A stretch of DNA of 64,000 nt from positions 129,977 to 193,976 of the forward strand of contig JBEHYY010000001.1 of NCBI GenBank assembly GCA_048497935.1, in the 5' to 3' direction. Below are positions 20,229-29,897 of the stretch, in pieces. Position 1 is the stretch's first letter. Each line of letters starts with the position of its first letter. The notes beneath the pieces were generated by a model that was not told where the DNA came from, did no database searches, and saw nothing but the letters and a program-made list of their open reading frames with translations. The translations under genes were made by a program, and so were the position numbers. The DNA is from Verrucomicrobiota bacterium. Its GTDB lineage: Bacteria > Verrucomicrobiota > Verrucomicrobiia > Opitutales > JABDGR01.

Positions 20229-20258
20229 GGTGCGCCGTACTCTACGCTTCCGCACGGT

Positions 20259-21692
20259 TCAAAGCAATGCCCGCATTTTTTGAAAATCCTGCAAAGCCTG
20301 GCGGCGGGCCACTTCGTGAGCCACGATGGGACGCGGATAATTTTCACCCAGGCGCACGCCGGCGGCGGCGAGAGCCTCCGCCGGGGCGGCCGCCGGTTGC
20401 TGGACGAACTGCGCGGGGAGTTTGGCCAGTTCGGGCACGTAGTGCTTTATGTATTCGCCCGCCGGGTCAAAGCGCTCGCCCTGCAAGGTGGGATTGAATA
20501 CGCGAAAATAGGGCGCGGCGTCGGCCCCGCAACCGGCCACCCATTGCCAGCCCATCGCGTTGCTGGGGAGATCGGCATCCACCAGCGTGTCCCAAAACCA
20601 TGCCTCGCCGGAGGTCCACGGCTGGCGCAGATGCTTGATTAAAAAAGAAGCACACACCATCCGCACGCGGTTGTGCATCCAGCCCGTCTGCCAAAGCTGG
20701 CGCATCCCGGCATCGACGAGGGGATAGCCCGTCTGCCCCTGCTGCCAGGCGCGCAATAGCCGGGCGTCGCGCCGCCAGGGAAAGCGCTTGAAGTCCTCCC
20801 GCAGCGGTTGCTCCGGCATCTGCGGGAAATGGTGCAGCAGATAATGCGCGAACTCGCGCCAGCCGATTTCCGCAAGAAATTTTTTGGATTGCAGTCCCGC
20901 CGCCCATGCCTGCCGTGGCGACACCTGCCCGAAATGCAGATAGGGGGACAAGCGCGAGGTGCCGTCCTCCGCCGGGAGGTCGCGCGCGCGCGGATAATTC
21001 TTCCAAGTCTCTTTGGCCAGTGTGTGCAGGCGACGGCGCGCCCCGGCCGAGGTGGGTTCCCAGGCGGCATAAAACGCTTTATCCCAGGGAATTTTCGGCA
21101 GCAGGCCCAGCGCATCCACGGACAGTGAATGCGGCCAGGCAGCTGGCGTCTGTTCGCCCAAAACTTGTGCAGCAAGTTTTTTCGGTGTCCCAGGTGGCGG
21201 CTCCTCCAGGCAGCGCCGCCAAAAGGCGGTGAAGACCTGGAATGGTTTGCCGGATTGGTTGAGGATTTTATCGGGGTTGAATAAATAGGCTCCGGGAACT
21301 TCCTTAACCTGCAAGCCGGCGGCCAATAAACTGGCGGCGGTTTTTGTGTCCCGCGCCTTCAAGTGCGGCGCGCTGGCCGAACTCCAAAAAACATTCGAGG
21401 CGCCCGTTTCCCGCGCGAGTTTGAGCAGCTCTTTCTCGCTCGCTCCTGCGCGCAAAACCAGCTGCGACCCTTTTGCGCGCAATTGCGCGTCCAAATCTTT
21501 CAGTGCGTGGTGCAGCCACCAGCGCGAGGCGGCTCCGGGCGTCCAGGGCGCTTCTTCCTCCGGTGCCCAGATAAACACCGGCACCACCGGCCCGCCCACG
21601 GCCAGCGCGGCGGTGAAAGCCGGCTGATCGTCTAACCGTAAATCGCGGCGCAGCCAGACGAGGCTGGCAGATTGGGCGGAGTTGCGGGACAT
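20259..21692 (-). CDS. phrB: Deoxyribodipyrimidine photolyase (class I CPD)
   Basis: WLRRDLRLDD, TSRLSPYLHFG, GWMHNRVRM, DAAPYFRVFNP. Confidence 0.95.
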   Translation of the reverse strand: MSRNSAQSASLVWLRRDLRLDDQPAFTAALAVGGPVVPVFIWAPEEEAPWTPGAASRWWLHHALKDLDAQLRAKGSQLVLRAGASEKELLKLARETGASNVFWSSASAPHLKARDTKTAASLLAAGLQVKEVPGAYLFNPDKILNQSGKPFQVFTAFWRRCLEEPPPGTPKKLAAQVLGEQTPAAWPHSLSVDALGLLPKIPWDKAFYAAWEPTSAGARRRLHTLAKETWKNYPRARDLPAEDGTSRLSPYLHFGQVSPRQAWAAGLQSKKFLAEIGWREFAHYLLHHFPQMPEQPLREDFKRFPWRRDARLLRAWQQGQTGYPLVDAGMRQLWQTGWMHNRVRMVCASFLIKHLRQPWTSGEAWFWDTLVDADLPSNAMGWQWVAGCGADAAPYFRVFNPTLQGERFDPAGEYIKHYVPELAKLPAQFVQQPAAAPAEALAAAGVRLGENYPRPIVAHEVARRQALQDFQKMRALL

Positions 21693-21781
21693 TCACCCGC
21701 ATCTTGTCTCCATCGGCCGGGCGCGGGCAAGGCGTTTATCCAACCTTGCGTTCACGGGGAAAATCAGGGTATATTAATAGT

Positions 21782-22197
21782 CCAGTTCCCGGGGATGTTC
21801 ATTCGCTCGCCAGCGCCCCGGCGCCGGCGAGAGGAAAGTCCGGACACCTTAGGGCAGGATTCCCCGTGAAAGCGGGGGCGTCGCGGGTCAAGCCGCGGCG
21901 ACGGAAAGTGTCACAGAAATCAAACCGCCCCTCGCGCGCAAGCGCGGCGGGTAAGGGTGCAAAGGTGGGGTAAGAGCCCACCGCGGCGTTGGCAACACCG
22001 CCGGCCAGACAAACCCAATCCGGTGCAAGACCAAATAGGGGACCGCGCGGCCCGCGCAATGGTCCCGGGTAAGTCGCACGACGCCCAGCGCGGCCGCCAG
22101 CTTCGCAAGGAGCCGGCGGCAGAGAAATGAATGAGCGGCGGGAATGCCGCGAGGCGCCCGCCAGAACAGAATCCGGCTTACGGCCCCCGGGAACTGG
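21782..22197 (+). ncRNA. rnpB: RNase P RNA
   Basis: GAGGAAAGTCCGG and ACAGAATCCGGCTTA conserved motifs; terminal P1 helix CCAGTTCCCGGGG/CCCCGGGAACTGG. Confidence 0.96.
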
Positions 22198-22306
22198 TTG
22201 TTTTTTAAGGTGAAAAACAGGAAAACAGGAATCAGAAAACCGGACAGCAAAGCCGGAGGACAATTTGTTTTTGCCTCGCGCTCCGGTTTTCTGTCTTCTG
22301 CACGCC

Positions 22307-22771
22307 ATGAATCACTGGTTGATGAAATCGGAGCCGGATGTCTTTGGCCTGGCCGAGCTGCGCAAGAAAGGCACGGCGCCCTGGGACGGCGTGCGCAATT
22401 ACCAGGCGCGCAACTTCATGCGCGCGATGAAAACCGGCGACCGCATTCTCTTCTACCACTCGAGCTGCGACATCCCCGGCGTCGCGGGTCTGGCCAAAGT
22501 GACCGGCGAAGCGCGCAGTGACGATTCCCAGTTCGACCCCCAATCCGAATTTTATGATCCCGGCGCCAAGCGCGACAACCCCCGCTGGTCGCTCGTGGAT
22601 GTGAAATTTGTGGCCGAGTTTCCGAAGTTTGTGTCGTTGGAAGTCCTGCGCCAACAACCCTCATTGAAAAAGATGCGCCTGCTCGCCCCGGGCAACCGGC
22701 TGTCGGTGCTGCCCGTCACCCCGGCGGAGTTCAAGCTCATTGGTAAACTCGGCGGGCAAAAAGACGCATAA
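22307..22771 (+). CDS. EVE domain protein
   Basis: WLMKSEP, WDGVRNYQARN, FYHS, RLSVLPV. Confidence 0.93.
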   Translation: MNHWLMKSEPDVFGLAELRKKGTAPWDGVRNYQARNFMRAMKTGDRILFYHSSCDIPGVAGLAKVTGEARSDDSQFDPQSEFYDPGAKRDNPRWSLVDVKFVAEFPKFVSLEVLRQQPSLKKMRLLAPGNRLSVLPVTPAEFKLIGKLGGQKDA

Positions 22772-22823
22772 AAAAGCCCGCCCCTCACAAGCAGACGCAG
22801 AGTCTGCTCGTGAAAGGCGGGCT
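22771..22823 (-). terminator. Long hairpin terminator
   Basis: AGCCCGCC..AGCAGAC-loop-GTCTGCT..GGCGGGCT, followed by a T-run on the minus strand. Confidence 0.7.
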
Positions 22824-22868
22824 ACTCAGTCGTTCTGGATAAAACTTGGCCGACTGGAAATCGACCGT

Positions 22869-24332
22869 TTAGCTGTTCGGGTCGCTGGACTCGTCCCAGC
22901 TGCTGGTTCCCGAATCATAGACATACCATTGGGTGGTAACGGGGTCGTAGGCGTAATCCGTGCTGTTCACATTGGAATATTCCCAGTCATCGCCGCTGAG
23001 CAGATAGACCGGGCCATTGTAAATATTCGGGTCGCCTGTAGGGCCCCAATCGCCGCCGCCCTCGTCAATAGTCTCGTCGAACCAGCCGTCGAGGTAGGTG
23101 TCATAAGCCCAATCGCCACTATAATAGAGATAATGGGTGGGACGGTGGCTGCTGAGGGACCAGGTTTCGTTCTCGTAATCGTACTGCGCCCAATAGCCAA
23201 CGTCGTAGTAGTCTCGCGCCCAGGTGCCATTCGACTGGACGAAGGCGTCCCAAAAATAAAAATTATCGTTGCCTTCGCCCGGGTCCTCCGGCTCCGTCGT
23301 GGGCGTGCCGTTGTTCAGAAACCAGGCGTCAACAAGCGGATCGTAAACATAGCTGGCGTAAACGACGTAGGCCGGACCTTGCACCGACGGACGCGGGTCA
23401 CTGCCATAGCTAGTCCAAACACCTGCGGACCCGCTAAACCAGTCGCCAGTGACAATGTCGTGGGCGTAGTCCGTGCTGTCGATCGTCACGTACGACCAAT
23501 GGGCGGTTGGATCGGCGGCCGAATCCCAGTCGTCGCCATCGGCCAAAAACCAGTCATGCGTGATGGAGTCGGTGGCATAATCAACATCATCAAGGGTGAG
23601 ATAACTCCAGCTGGCCGTCGGATCGTCCGCAGCATCCCAATTGTCGCCATCCGGGGTAAACCAGTCACCGGTAACGGTGTCGTGGGCATAGGCGGTACTA
23701 CCGATGTTCAGATGCACCCAATTCGCCGTCGGGTCGTCGCTTTCATCCCAGCCGCTAGTTCCAGAGTTGTAGCTGTACCATTGGGACGTGACCGGATCGT
23801 AGGCATAATCCGTGTCTGCAATGGTGGAATATTCCCAGCCATCGCCGCTGAGCAGATAGACCGGGCCATTGTAAATATTCGGGTCGCCTGCAGGGCCCCA
23901 ATCGCCACCGCCCTCGTCAATGGTTTCGTCGAACCAGCCGTCGAGGAGGGTGTCATAAGCCCATTCACCGCTGTAATAGAGATAGTGCGTGGGGCGGTGG
24001 CTGCTCGAACTCCAGGTGTCTGTCTCGTAGTCGTACTGCGCCCACTGGCCAATATCGTACCAGTCTCGTGCCCAAGTGCCATTGGACTGGGCGAAAACAT
24101 CCCAAAAATAGAAATTATCATTACCCTCGCCCGGGTCTTCCGGCTCTGTCGTGGGTGTGCCATTGCTCAAAAACCAGACGTCGGGAATGGGATCGTAAAC
24201 ATAATTGGCGTAAACGACGTAGGCCGGACCTTGCTGCGCTCTAGCCGGAGTGGCCGAAGCCAGCAATGCAGCCAATGGCAGGATGCTCAGACAGCGCATC
24301 ACCTTGGCCGTAAACCGATAGCATTTATTCAT
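22869..24332 (-). CDS. Secreted Trp/Tyr/Asp-rich repeat protein
   Basis: Signal peptide; duplicated ~170-aa unit; ~37-aa repeats (YAHDxxTxxWF..DxxxDPTAxW). Confidence 0.8.
   Translation of the reverse strand: MNKCYRFTAKVMRCLSILPLAALLASATPARAQQGPAYVVYANYVYDPIPDVWFLSNGTPTTEPEDPGEGNDNFYFWDVFAQSNGTWARDWYDIGQWAQYDYETDTWSSSSHRPTHYLYYSGEWAYDTLLDGWFDETIDEGGGDWGPAGDPNIYNGPVYLLSGDGWEYSTIADTDYAYDPVTSQWYSYNSGTSGWDESDDPTANWVHLNIGSTAYAHDTVTGDWFTPDGDNWDAADDPTASWSYLTLDDVDYATDSITHDWFLADGDDWDSAADPTAHWSYVTIDSTDYAHDIVTGDWFSGSAGVWTSYGSDPRPSVQGPAYVVYASYVYDPLVDAWFLNNGTPTTEPEDPGEGNDNFYFWDAFVQSNGTWARDYYDVGYWAQYDYENETWSLSSHRPTHYLYYSGDWAYDTYLDGWFDETIDEGGGDWGPTGDPNIYNGPVYLLSGDDWEYSNVNSTDYAYDPVTTQWYVYDSGTSSWDESSDPNS
22872..24233. 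repeat. Intragenic direct duplication (~22872-23381 vs ~23724-24233)
   Basis: Near-identical DNA blocks at offset 852 (QGPAYVVYA..GPVYLLSGD). Confidence 0.85.
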
Positions 24333-24525
24333 GGTATACGAGGGTTGGAGTTAGGATTAGACAAACCGGCGTCCCCATGACCCACGATGGGACATGATGT
24401 ACGCGGCCCACCGGTTTATCTGATTTAATGATGCCCATGTTTACCCAAAGTGGACATTTATTTATCCCCAACACCTTTTTCAGGAACCGTTACTAGGCCT
24501 CCGGCCCTTATTGCTTGATAAAAAA

Positions 24526-24599
24526 CGGGGGCGGTGGGACTCGAACCCACGACCAGCAGTTTAGAAAACTGCTGCTCTATCCGCCTGAGCTACGCCCCC
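24526..24599 (-). tRNA. tRNA-Arg(TCT)
   Basis: GGGGGCGTAGCTCAG..GCAGT-TTTCTAA-ACTGC..GGTTCGAGTCC..CGCCCCCG cloverleaf; CCA not encoded. Confidence 0.95.
24561..24599. repeat. att core, left copy (within intact tRNA)
   Basis: TTAGAAAACTGCTGCTCTATCCGCCTGAGCTACGCCCCC identical to 45672-45710. Confidence 0.95.
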
Positions 24600-24637
24600 A
24601 AATCGTTTATTTTCAATGACTTAAAACTGTATGAAAT

Positions 24638-24676
24638 GGTGCTAAAATAAGCACCTGTCACCCGTTTTTGTAACCC
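24638..24676. promoter_or_regulatory. Palindrome plus tandem putative integrase arm sites
   Basis: GGTGCT-N6-AGCACC; TGTCACCC-N5-TGTAACCC, mirrored at 45513-45533. Confidence 0.6.
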
Positions 24677-24690
24677 ATAGGATTTTGGGC

Positions 24691-25371
24691 ATGAAAACGA
24701 CCAAATCCAGCTCTGCACAAGCGGGTTATACGCAGGTTGCCGAATGCCTGTTTCGCCACGATTCATCAGGCAAATACTACGCCCTATTGAAACGCAGCGG
24801 CAAGCAAATCCGCCGCTCACTCAAGACCACCGACCGCAAGCTGGCAGAGCGCCGCTTGGCCGATTTCCGCGAAAAGGTGGGCCAGCTAGACCTAGCTAAC
24901 GGCAGGGGCAAGATGGCGTTTACAGACCTTGCCAAGCGGTGGTTGGATGTCGTCCGGGTTCACCTCAAGCCCCGCTCAGCCAGGACACGCGAAGTTTACC
25001 TGAAAACAATCAACGCAACGTTCGGTGACCTGCCAGTGCGAAGCATTACCCGCGCTCAATGCGAAGACTGGGCTAAGCTTCGTAGCCCTGCGGTGTCCGC
25101 TTCAACGTTTAATCAAGAAACCGAAACACTACGCGCCGTGCTGCGCGATTTCCTCAACCGGCTGGCCAAGGCATCCCCTCGCCTGCCAGATCAACCCCTG
25201 GTGCCCATTCTCGACGCTAAGAACGCTCTGGATACGGCCTGCAAGCTCAACGGCTTCCCACACTTTACCCACCACAGCTTGCGGCATTTCTTCGTCAGCA
25301 ACGCCATCGAAAAAGGCGTGGACTTTAAGACGATAACTGAACTCGAAATATGGTTACTGAAAACAAACTGA
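24691..25371 (+). pseudogene. Tyrosine integrase, internally deleted and C-terminally truncated
   Basis: Arm-binding N-terminus (RRSLKTTDRKLA), core-binding region and HSLRH present; box I Arg and GH..Y catalytic Tyr absent. Confidence 0.88.
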
Positions 25372-25676
25372 ACCTAAAGCCGGGAGTATACGTCAGCGGG
25401 AGCATTCTCTCGAGCACGGTCTCCCTCCACAACCGTAAGGACGGCTCTGGCCAATTCGTGCGCGTAAGCCACGAGCTGGCTACCCGTCCTGGCGTGCTCG
25501 TCCTCGAACAAATCTACGATCCGGTTAAGGATGCTGGCGTCAAAGTCGAGGGAGGCAAAGTCATGGCCTATCCGGCCTACCCAGAAGACAAACCCATCAC
25601 CCTCAAGTGCGAACCTGGGGCGATTCGGGAGTTCAAGGGTAAGGTTAAGATTACCAAGGCAGAAATCATCGCCTGA
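25350..25676 (+). CDS. Small beta-rich hypothetical protein (possible phage ssDNA-binding OB fold)
   Basis: 108 aa, beta-strand pattern, RKDGSG hairpin; function is inference. Confidence 0.5.
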   Translation: MVTENKLNLKPGVYVSGSILSSTVSLHNRKDGSGQFVRVSHELATRPGVLVLEQIYDPVKDAGVKVEGGKVMAYPAYPEDKPITLKCEPGAIREFKGKVKITKAEIIA

Positions 25677-25712
25677 GCAATGTACTATGACCGTCAAGAT
25701 GCCAGAGAATCG

Positions 25713-25768
25713 GGGCCGAGCGGTTGGCTCGTCCGGCGCAAGCCGGACGAGCCGCCGCCGGCCCTTTT
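25713..25768 (+). terminator. Strong hairpin with GNRA loop
   Basis: GGCTCGTCCGGC-GCAA-GCCGGACGAGCC inside an outer GGGCCG/CGGCCC stem, then TTTT. Confidence 0.65.
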
Positions 25769-25810
25769 CCTTGTTTATAATCGAGTAATAACTGTCCCAA
25801 CGCTCATCCG

Positions 25811-26524
25811 CTAGCTTTGATAAACCTGCTCCCATGTAAATCGAAAGGGATTCAAAGGCTTGATCCAGCCGTAAGACTTCTTCGATTCGAAAAGCAGTTC
25901 GTTTCTTGAGGCATCGCGTGGGAGCGCGGAGGTTTCCGCATCGAGGACTAGGCCAGCCGAAACCGCTCGAATAACGACATCAGGCCGTTCGGTTAATTGG
26001 GCCACGCCTTTCATTCTGGTAAAAAAATCTGTTTCTTCTTTGCCATAATGGCCCGCGTAGTCTTCGTCATACCCTCCGATGCGCAAATAGTGATCCTTGT
26101 GAAATAGCAAATTTACTTTGCTTGGCCGACACTTGACTGCGGAAGGATGCCGAATTCTTCTCGGGCGATAAAAAAACCTCTGCTCCAAAGGATGCAGTTC
26201 GAATAGCCGTTGCGCATCTTTGGCCCAAAGAAGCGTGTCGATGTCGGAGACATAGATCCATTCCTCGGCATGCCAGCAACCCAAATTTCTTGCTCCAGCA
26301 CAATTCCAGGGAATATCTTCCTTGATCCTGAATACCTTGATTGGGATTTGGCAGCCATGCTGCCGCACCAAAGCGGCCGCCGAGGTCTGAGGGCTGCCGT
26401 CATCAATCAACAAAATTGTCGGCAGGGACGTCAATGCCCCGACATAGGTGTTCCAGCACTCAATCTGCATTTTGAGCATCCGAGGATTGTCATAGTAAAG
26501 GAATACCATGTTCATAACATACAT
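25811..26524 (-). CDS. GT-A glycosyltransferase (GT2 with GT7-C-like motif)
   Basis: LLIDDGS, GARNLG, DID, GGYDEDYAGHYGKEETD; start may be 26515 (ATGA overlap). Confidence 0.85.
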   Translation of the reverse strand: MYVMNMVFLYYDNPRMLKMQIECWNTYVGALTSLPTILLIDDGSPQTSAAALVRQHGCQIPIKVFRIKEDIPWNCAGARNLGCWHAEEWIYVSDIDTLLWAKDAQRLFELHPLEQRFFYRPRRIRHPSAVKCRPSKVNLLFHKDHYLRIGGYDEDYAGHYGKEETDFFTRMKGVAQLTERPDVVIRAVSAGLVLDAETSALPRDASRNELLFESKKSYGWIKPLNPFRFTWEQVYQS

Positions 26525-26913
26525 AGAGCATTTTCGTGACGGAGATCAGACCCATGCTGGTCAAAATTTAAATACCGATTTTTATGAATTTTGCCCTGAA
26601 AATGACGATGGCTTAGTCCAAGCTTATGGACGGCGTAATTGAAGCTCAATTGATCCCGGCGAGAATTTTCTGCAATTTCTCCACGCCATAGTTCGTTGAA
26701 CTGCCTCACTTTGTCGGAATAGCGGCGCAGCAGTACCCCGGACTCAATGAAACCATGGTTTTTCTGAAAATTATACGCACAATACCATTCCATCTCACGT
26801 GTAATAAGGCCTGACGCATCGAGCTGCATGCGCAGACATTCGGCAGCCTCGACATAGACGCAATTTCGCGAACGATCATTGGCGAGCGCGGTGTAAACGA
26901 CGGGCTTGCTCAT
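26512..26913 (-). pseudogene. DUF616 (TOD1/MUCI70-like) glycosyltransferase with in-frame internal deletion
   Basis: VVYTAL joined directly to RNCVYVEA; SRRDQLSFNYA retained; ~90 aa shorter than paralog 31563-32243. Confidence 0.75.
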
Positions 26914-27026
26914 GAGGGACCCAGGAAGGAATGGAAAGGAAAGGATCCAGTCAAGAAATTTGCTCTCGTGATTTTTAAAATGCGAGTTAGATATATCATG
27001 CTTTCAATTATATTTTCATTATCTCC

Positions 27027-27650
27027 ATGTATTTATCTGAGCAACACAAATTCATTTTTGTTCATAATCAGAAAACTGGCGGTCAAAGTGTCGCCCGATA
27101 CCTGGCTGAAACCGTTGCAGATGTGCGAGCCATTCTGCCGAGACATTCGATCACCCGGCATGGCATCGGAAAACTGGGCCCGGCCACTTGGGCCGGCTAT
27201 TATTCCTTTGGGTTTGTACGGAATCCCTGGGCAAGATTGGTCTCTTGGTACAACATGATTACCGAACGACCGCAGAAGGAGTTCATTTTCTGGCGACATG
27301 TCAGAGCCAACGCCTCCAACTTTGAGGAATTTATTGAATTATGTGTGTCCGGCATCCAAACCGCTGATCGGCTGGGCGTCCGTGAAAGAGGAGTCTTGCG
27401 AAATCAAATCGATTATTTCACTGCGGAAACCGGTGAAGTTGCAGTCAATTTCATTGGCAAATTCGAAAACATTCAAAACGACTTTGATTCGGTGCTGCAA
27501 AAGCTAGATTTGCCGAGAGCGGAGCTTCCCAAGATCAATTTCACCCAAAAAATCGATTATCGAACCTGTTATAGTGACACTACCGCTGCACTGATTGAGC
27601 AGTGCTTTGAGAAGGATATCAAATTTTTCGGGTACACTTTCGGTGATTAA
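27027..27650 (+). CDS. Sulfotransferase family 2 protein
   Basis: FIFVHNQKTGGQS (5'-PSB), FVRNPWARLVSWY (3'-PB), FIGKFENI. Confidence 0.9.
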   Translation: MYLSEQHKFIFVHNQKTGGQSVARYLAETVADVRAILPRHSITRHGIGKLGPATWAGYYSFGFVRNPWARLVSWYNMITERPQKEFIFWRHVRANASNFEEFIELCVSGIQTADRLGVRERGVLRNQIDYFTAETGEVAVNFIGKFENIQNDFDSVLQKLDLPRAELPKINFTQKIDYRTCYSDTTAALIEQCFEKDIKFFGYTFGD

Positions 27651-27861
27651 TATTCACTTTTTATTAATTTTACTTGGCCACCCTGTGTTCAGATTCATAA
27701 GTAAAGTAGTTTATTATACAAGTTGCTCGACAACAATTACATATAATTCGTCGTGAAAAATGCATGGCCGTATCAAATATGCTTGTCAATTTGCGATAAT
27801 TGACAAATCATGGGTGGCAGTAAATCTATGACACCGCCCCAATCCCCAGATATATAATATC

Positions 27862-28221
27862 ATGAAAACCCAATCCGAAACCTTGAATGCTGATCTTGCG
27901 CGCGTTTTTACCGATGCGCTCGAAAATAACCGTGATGCGGTTTTCGAATTTTTCTCAGATTATTTTTTCAATGCCGATTGCTGGCAAGGTTTCGCCCTTA
28001 TTTTGAGTGAAGCCAGCGGCCAATGCTGGTGCAAAGACGATCATGGCGCGGAACTGGCCGGATTGGTTATCAGTTCGCCGCAAATGTTGGAAACCGCTTT
28101 GACCAAAGAGGTAGGGGTTATTGAGGCGGCATGTAAGAATGGCGAGGTTGATCCAGCCAACCCCATACCTGGATCCGTCAAGGCGATTTTGAATTCGCGC
28201 AAACTCCAGCCGGTGGGTTAG
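27862..28221 (+). CDS. Hypothetical protein
   Basis: ATG ORF after AT-rich promoter region and before a hairpin; no motif recognised. Confidence 0.6.
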   Translation: MKTQSETLNADLARVFTDALENNRDAVFEFFSDYFFNADCWQGFALILSEASGQCWCKDDHGAELAGLVISSPQMLETALTKEVGVIEAACKNGEVDPANPIPGSVKAILNSRKLQPVG

Positions 28222-28277
28222 TTTTTTACGCCACGTCAGGTGCGCAACCCCTTGACGAAGGGGGCTGCGGCAATTTT

Positions 28278-29327
28278 TTACCTTCGCAAAATACGAGGTA
28301 GGTATTTTCCTCGCAATTCGGGTATTTGCCGCATTTGTTCGATTGCTTCCCCAACCGATAAGGCGTGAATTTCGTGGACGGGCCAAAGGGAGGCTGCTTT
28401 TACCAGTTCTGGATTTGCTTCAGGGTGATGGATGGCGCAGGTCAAGGCGGGCGTTGCCGCGATTTCCCATTGGGTGGAGTGTATCCAAATAGCGAGTCTG
28501 CGCACCCGCTTCGCGTGGTTGTCCACCGTGGCGGCAAAAACTCGCGCCAACCTTTGATCCTGCCCGCGGACTGGATCGTAATCGCGACCGAGATAGAGTC
28601 CGTATTCCCGGAGATCGGCGACGACCTGGGCGGGTGCATGCAGATTTATGACTGGCGCATCGGGAGCAGGTGGGTTCCAAAACCTTCTCAGCGGTTGCAA
28701 GGAATCAACATCTGATAGGAAGCTTTCTTGGCCCGCAAGGAAGCGCTCGGGGGCGTAAACTTTGTGCGCGGATTGCAATTCCGGGTCCCTTCCCATGATC
28801 CAGTCACAATGCACGCCGCCATTATACTTTCCCCCGCCACTCCAGCGCTCTACAAGTTTCCGCATGTAATTTCCACGCACCGCATAACAATGGGTCCTTT
28901 CGCAATCGGCGCAGCGATAAACCCCGGGTTTAATCAATGCCGGAGGCTTCCCAGTCAGATTTACATGCTGCCCACCAATCATCAATTGATCCCAGTCGTT
29001 GGGAACAATTTGCAGAAACTCCTCCACTTTCTCCTTAAAATCGTCGCCAAAACAAACATCGTCTTCGAGGACTAAAATGCTTTGCGCCCCATCAAGAATT
29101 GCTGATTGCAGTGCCTGCTGATGCGAGCGGAGACAGCCCCAGGCTCCGGGTGAACTTTTCCAATGAAGTGGTTTAGATGCAATCGTGCCATCCACGGCTT
29201 CCATTACCACTGGAGGTTTAAATGGCCATTGGCTCAGTTCCAAAACTTGCTTCGCGTGAGTCAAGCGATCTGGTCGTCGCTTTAGATTGATCAGCACCAC
29301 TCGGTCGAAATATTGCCGCAAATCCAT
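28278..29327 (-). CDS. Glycosyltransferase family 25 with C-terminal extension
   Basis: INLKRRPDR, AVDG, GCLRSH, LVLEDD. Confidence 0.88.
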   Translation of the reverse strand: MDLRQYFDRVVLINLKRRPDRLTHAKQVLELSQWPFKPPVVMEAVDGTIASKPLHWKSSPGAWGCLRSHQQALQSAILDGAQSILVLEDDVCFGDDFKEKVEEFLQIVPNDWDQLMIGGQHVNLTGKPPALIKPGVYRCADCERTHCYAVRGNYMRKLVERWSGGGKYNGGVHCDWIMGRDPELQSAHKVYAPERFLAGQESFLSDVDSLQPLRRFWNPPAPDAPVINLHAPAQVVADLREYGLYLGRDYDPVRGQDQRLARVFAATVDNHAKRVRRLAIWIHSTQWEIAATPALTCAIHHPEANPELVKAASLWPVHEIHALSVGEAIEQMRQIPELRGKYLPRILRR

Positions 29328-29360
29328 GGCGTTAAATTAATGCCGGTATGTGAAATCAAT

Positions 29361-29897
29361 TTAGGAGTTACCCTTGTTCAAATGTGGAAAATCCACGCTT
29401 GGTTCAGGTAGTTGCAAAAAACGGCACAATACTGTCCATCCAGCGCCATGCTCAATGTCCATCCGGAGAAGACGGTTTTCTTTGCCTTGGAAGTATTTCA
29501 ACACTTCCGAATGATGACGTTGATAAGCCGGGGAGAAATCATCCGCTGACGGGTTAAGCTTGCCGTAGATTCGAACATCTGCCTCCAGCCGGAATGCCTG
29601 ACTCGGATTTGGGAGCACGCTAGAGTTGACGAACGGGAGGTAATGGGCGGTAACAGATTTGAGCCAGTTTTTCTGATCCCGTTCGGTGTAAATGAACAAG
29701 GAGTTGGGAAATATTTGGTCGAGTTCCTTAAATCGGCAGGCAACAGTAACATCCGTGGCACCACGGTACCGATGAAAGTCTATCATCGAGTTCGGCCAAT
29801 GCACTGTTGAAATTTTTAGATACTGCAAAGCGAGCGCTAGACTCGATGTCCCAGTCCTTGATATGCCGATCCCAAATATCTTGTTAAACTCGCGCAT
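29361..29897 (-). CDS. Sulfotransferase (Sulfotransfer_4-like)
   Basis: KIFGIGISRTGTSSL, WLKS, GWTVLCRFL, FPHLN. Confidence 0.88.
   Translation of the reverse strand: MREFNKIFGIGISRTGTSSLALALQYLKISTVHWPNSMIDFHRYRGATDVTVACRFKELDQIFPNSLFIYTERDQKNWLKSVTAHYLPFVNSSVLPNPSQAFRLEADVRIYGKLNPSADDFSPAYQRHHSEVLKYFQGKENRLLRMDIEHGAGWTVLCRFLQLPEPSVDFPHLNKGNS

Noticed and set aside
21799-22308. ORFs overlapping 21.8-22.2 kb
   Set aside because: The region is RNase P RNA
23380-23830. ~110-bp periodic repeats as possible CRISPR array
   Set aside because: Degenerate in-frame coding repeats; no constant repeat/unique spacer pattern and no cas genes
22740-24380. 546-aa plus-strand ORF
   Set aside because: Mirror frame of the signal-peptide-bearing repeat protein; Val/Ile/Arg bias typical of antisense
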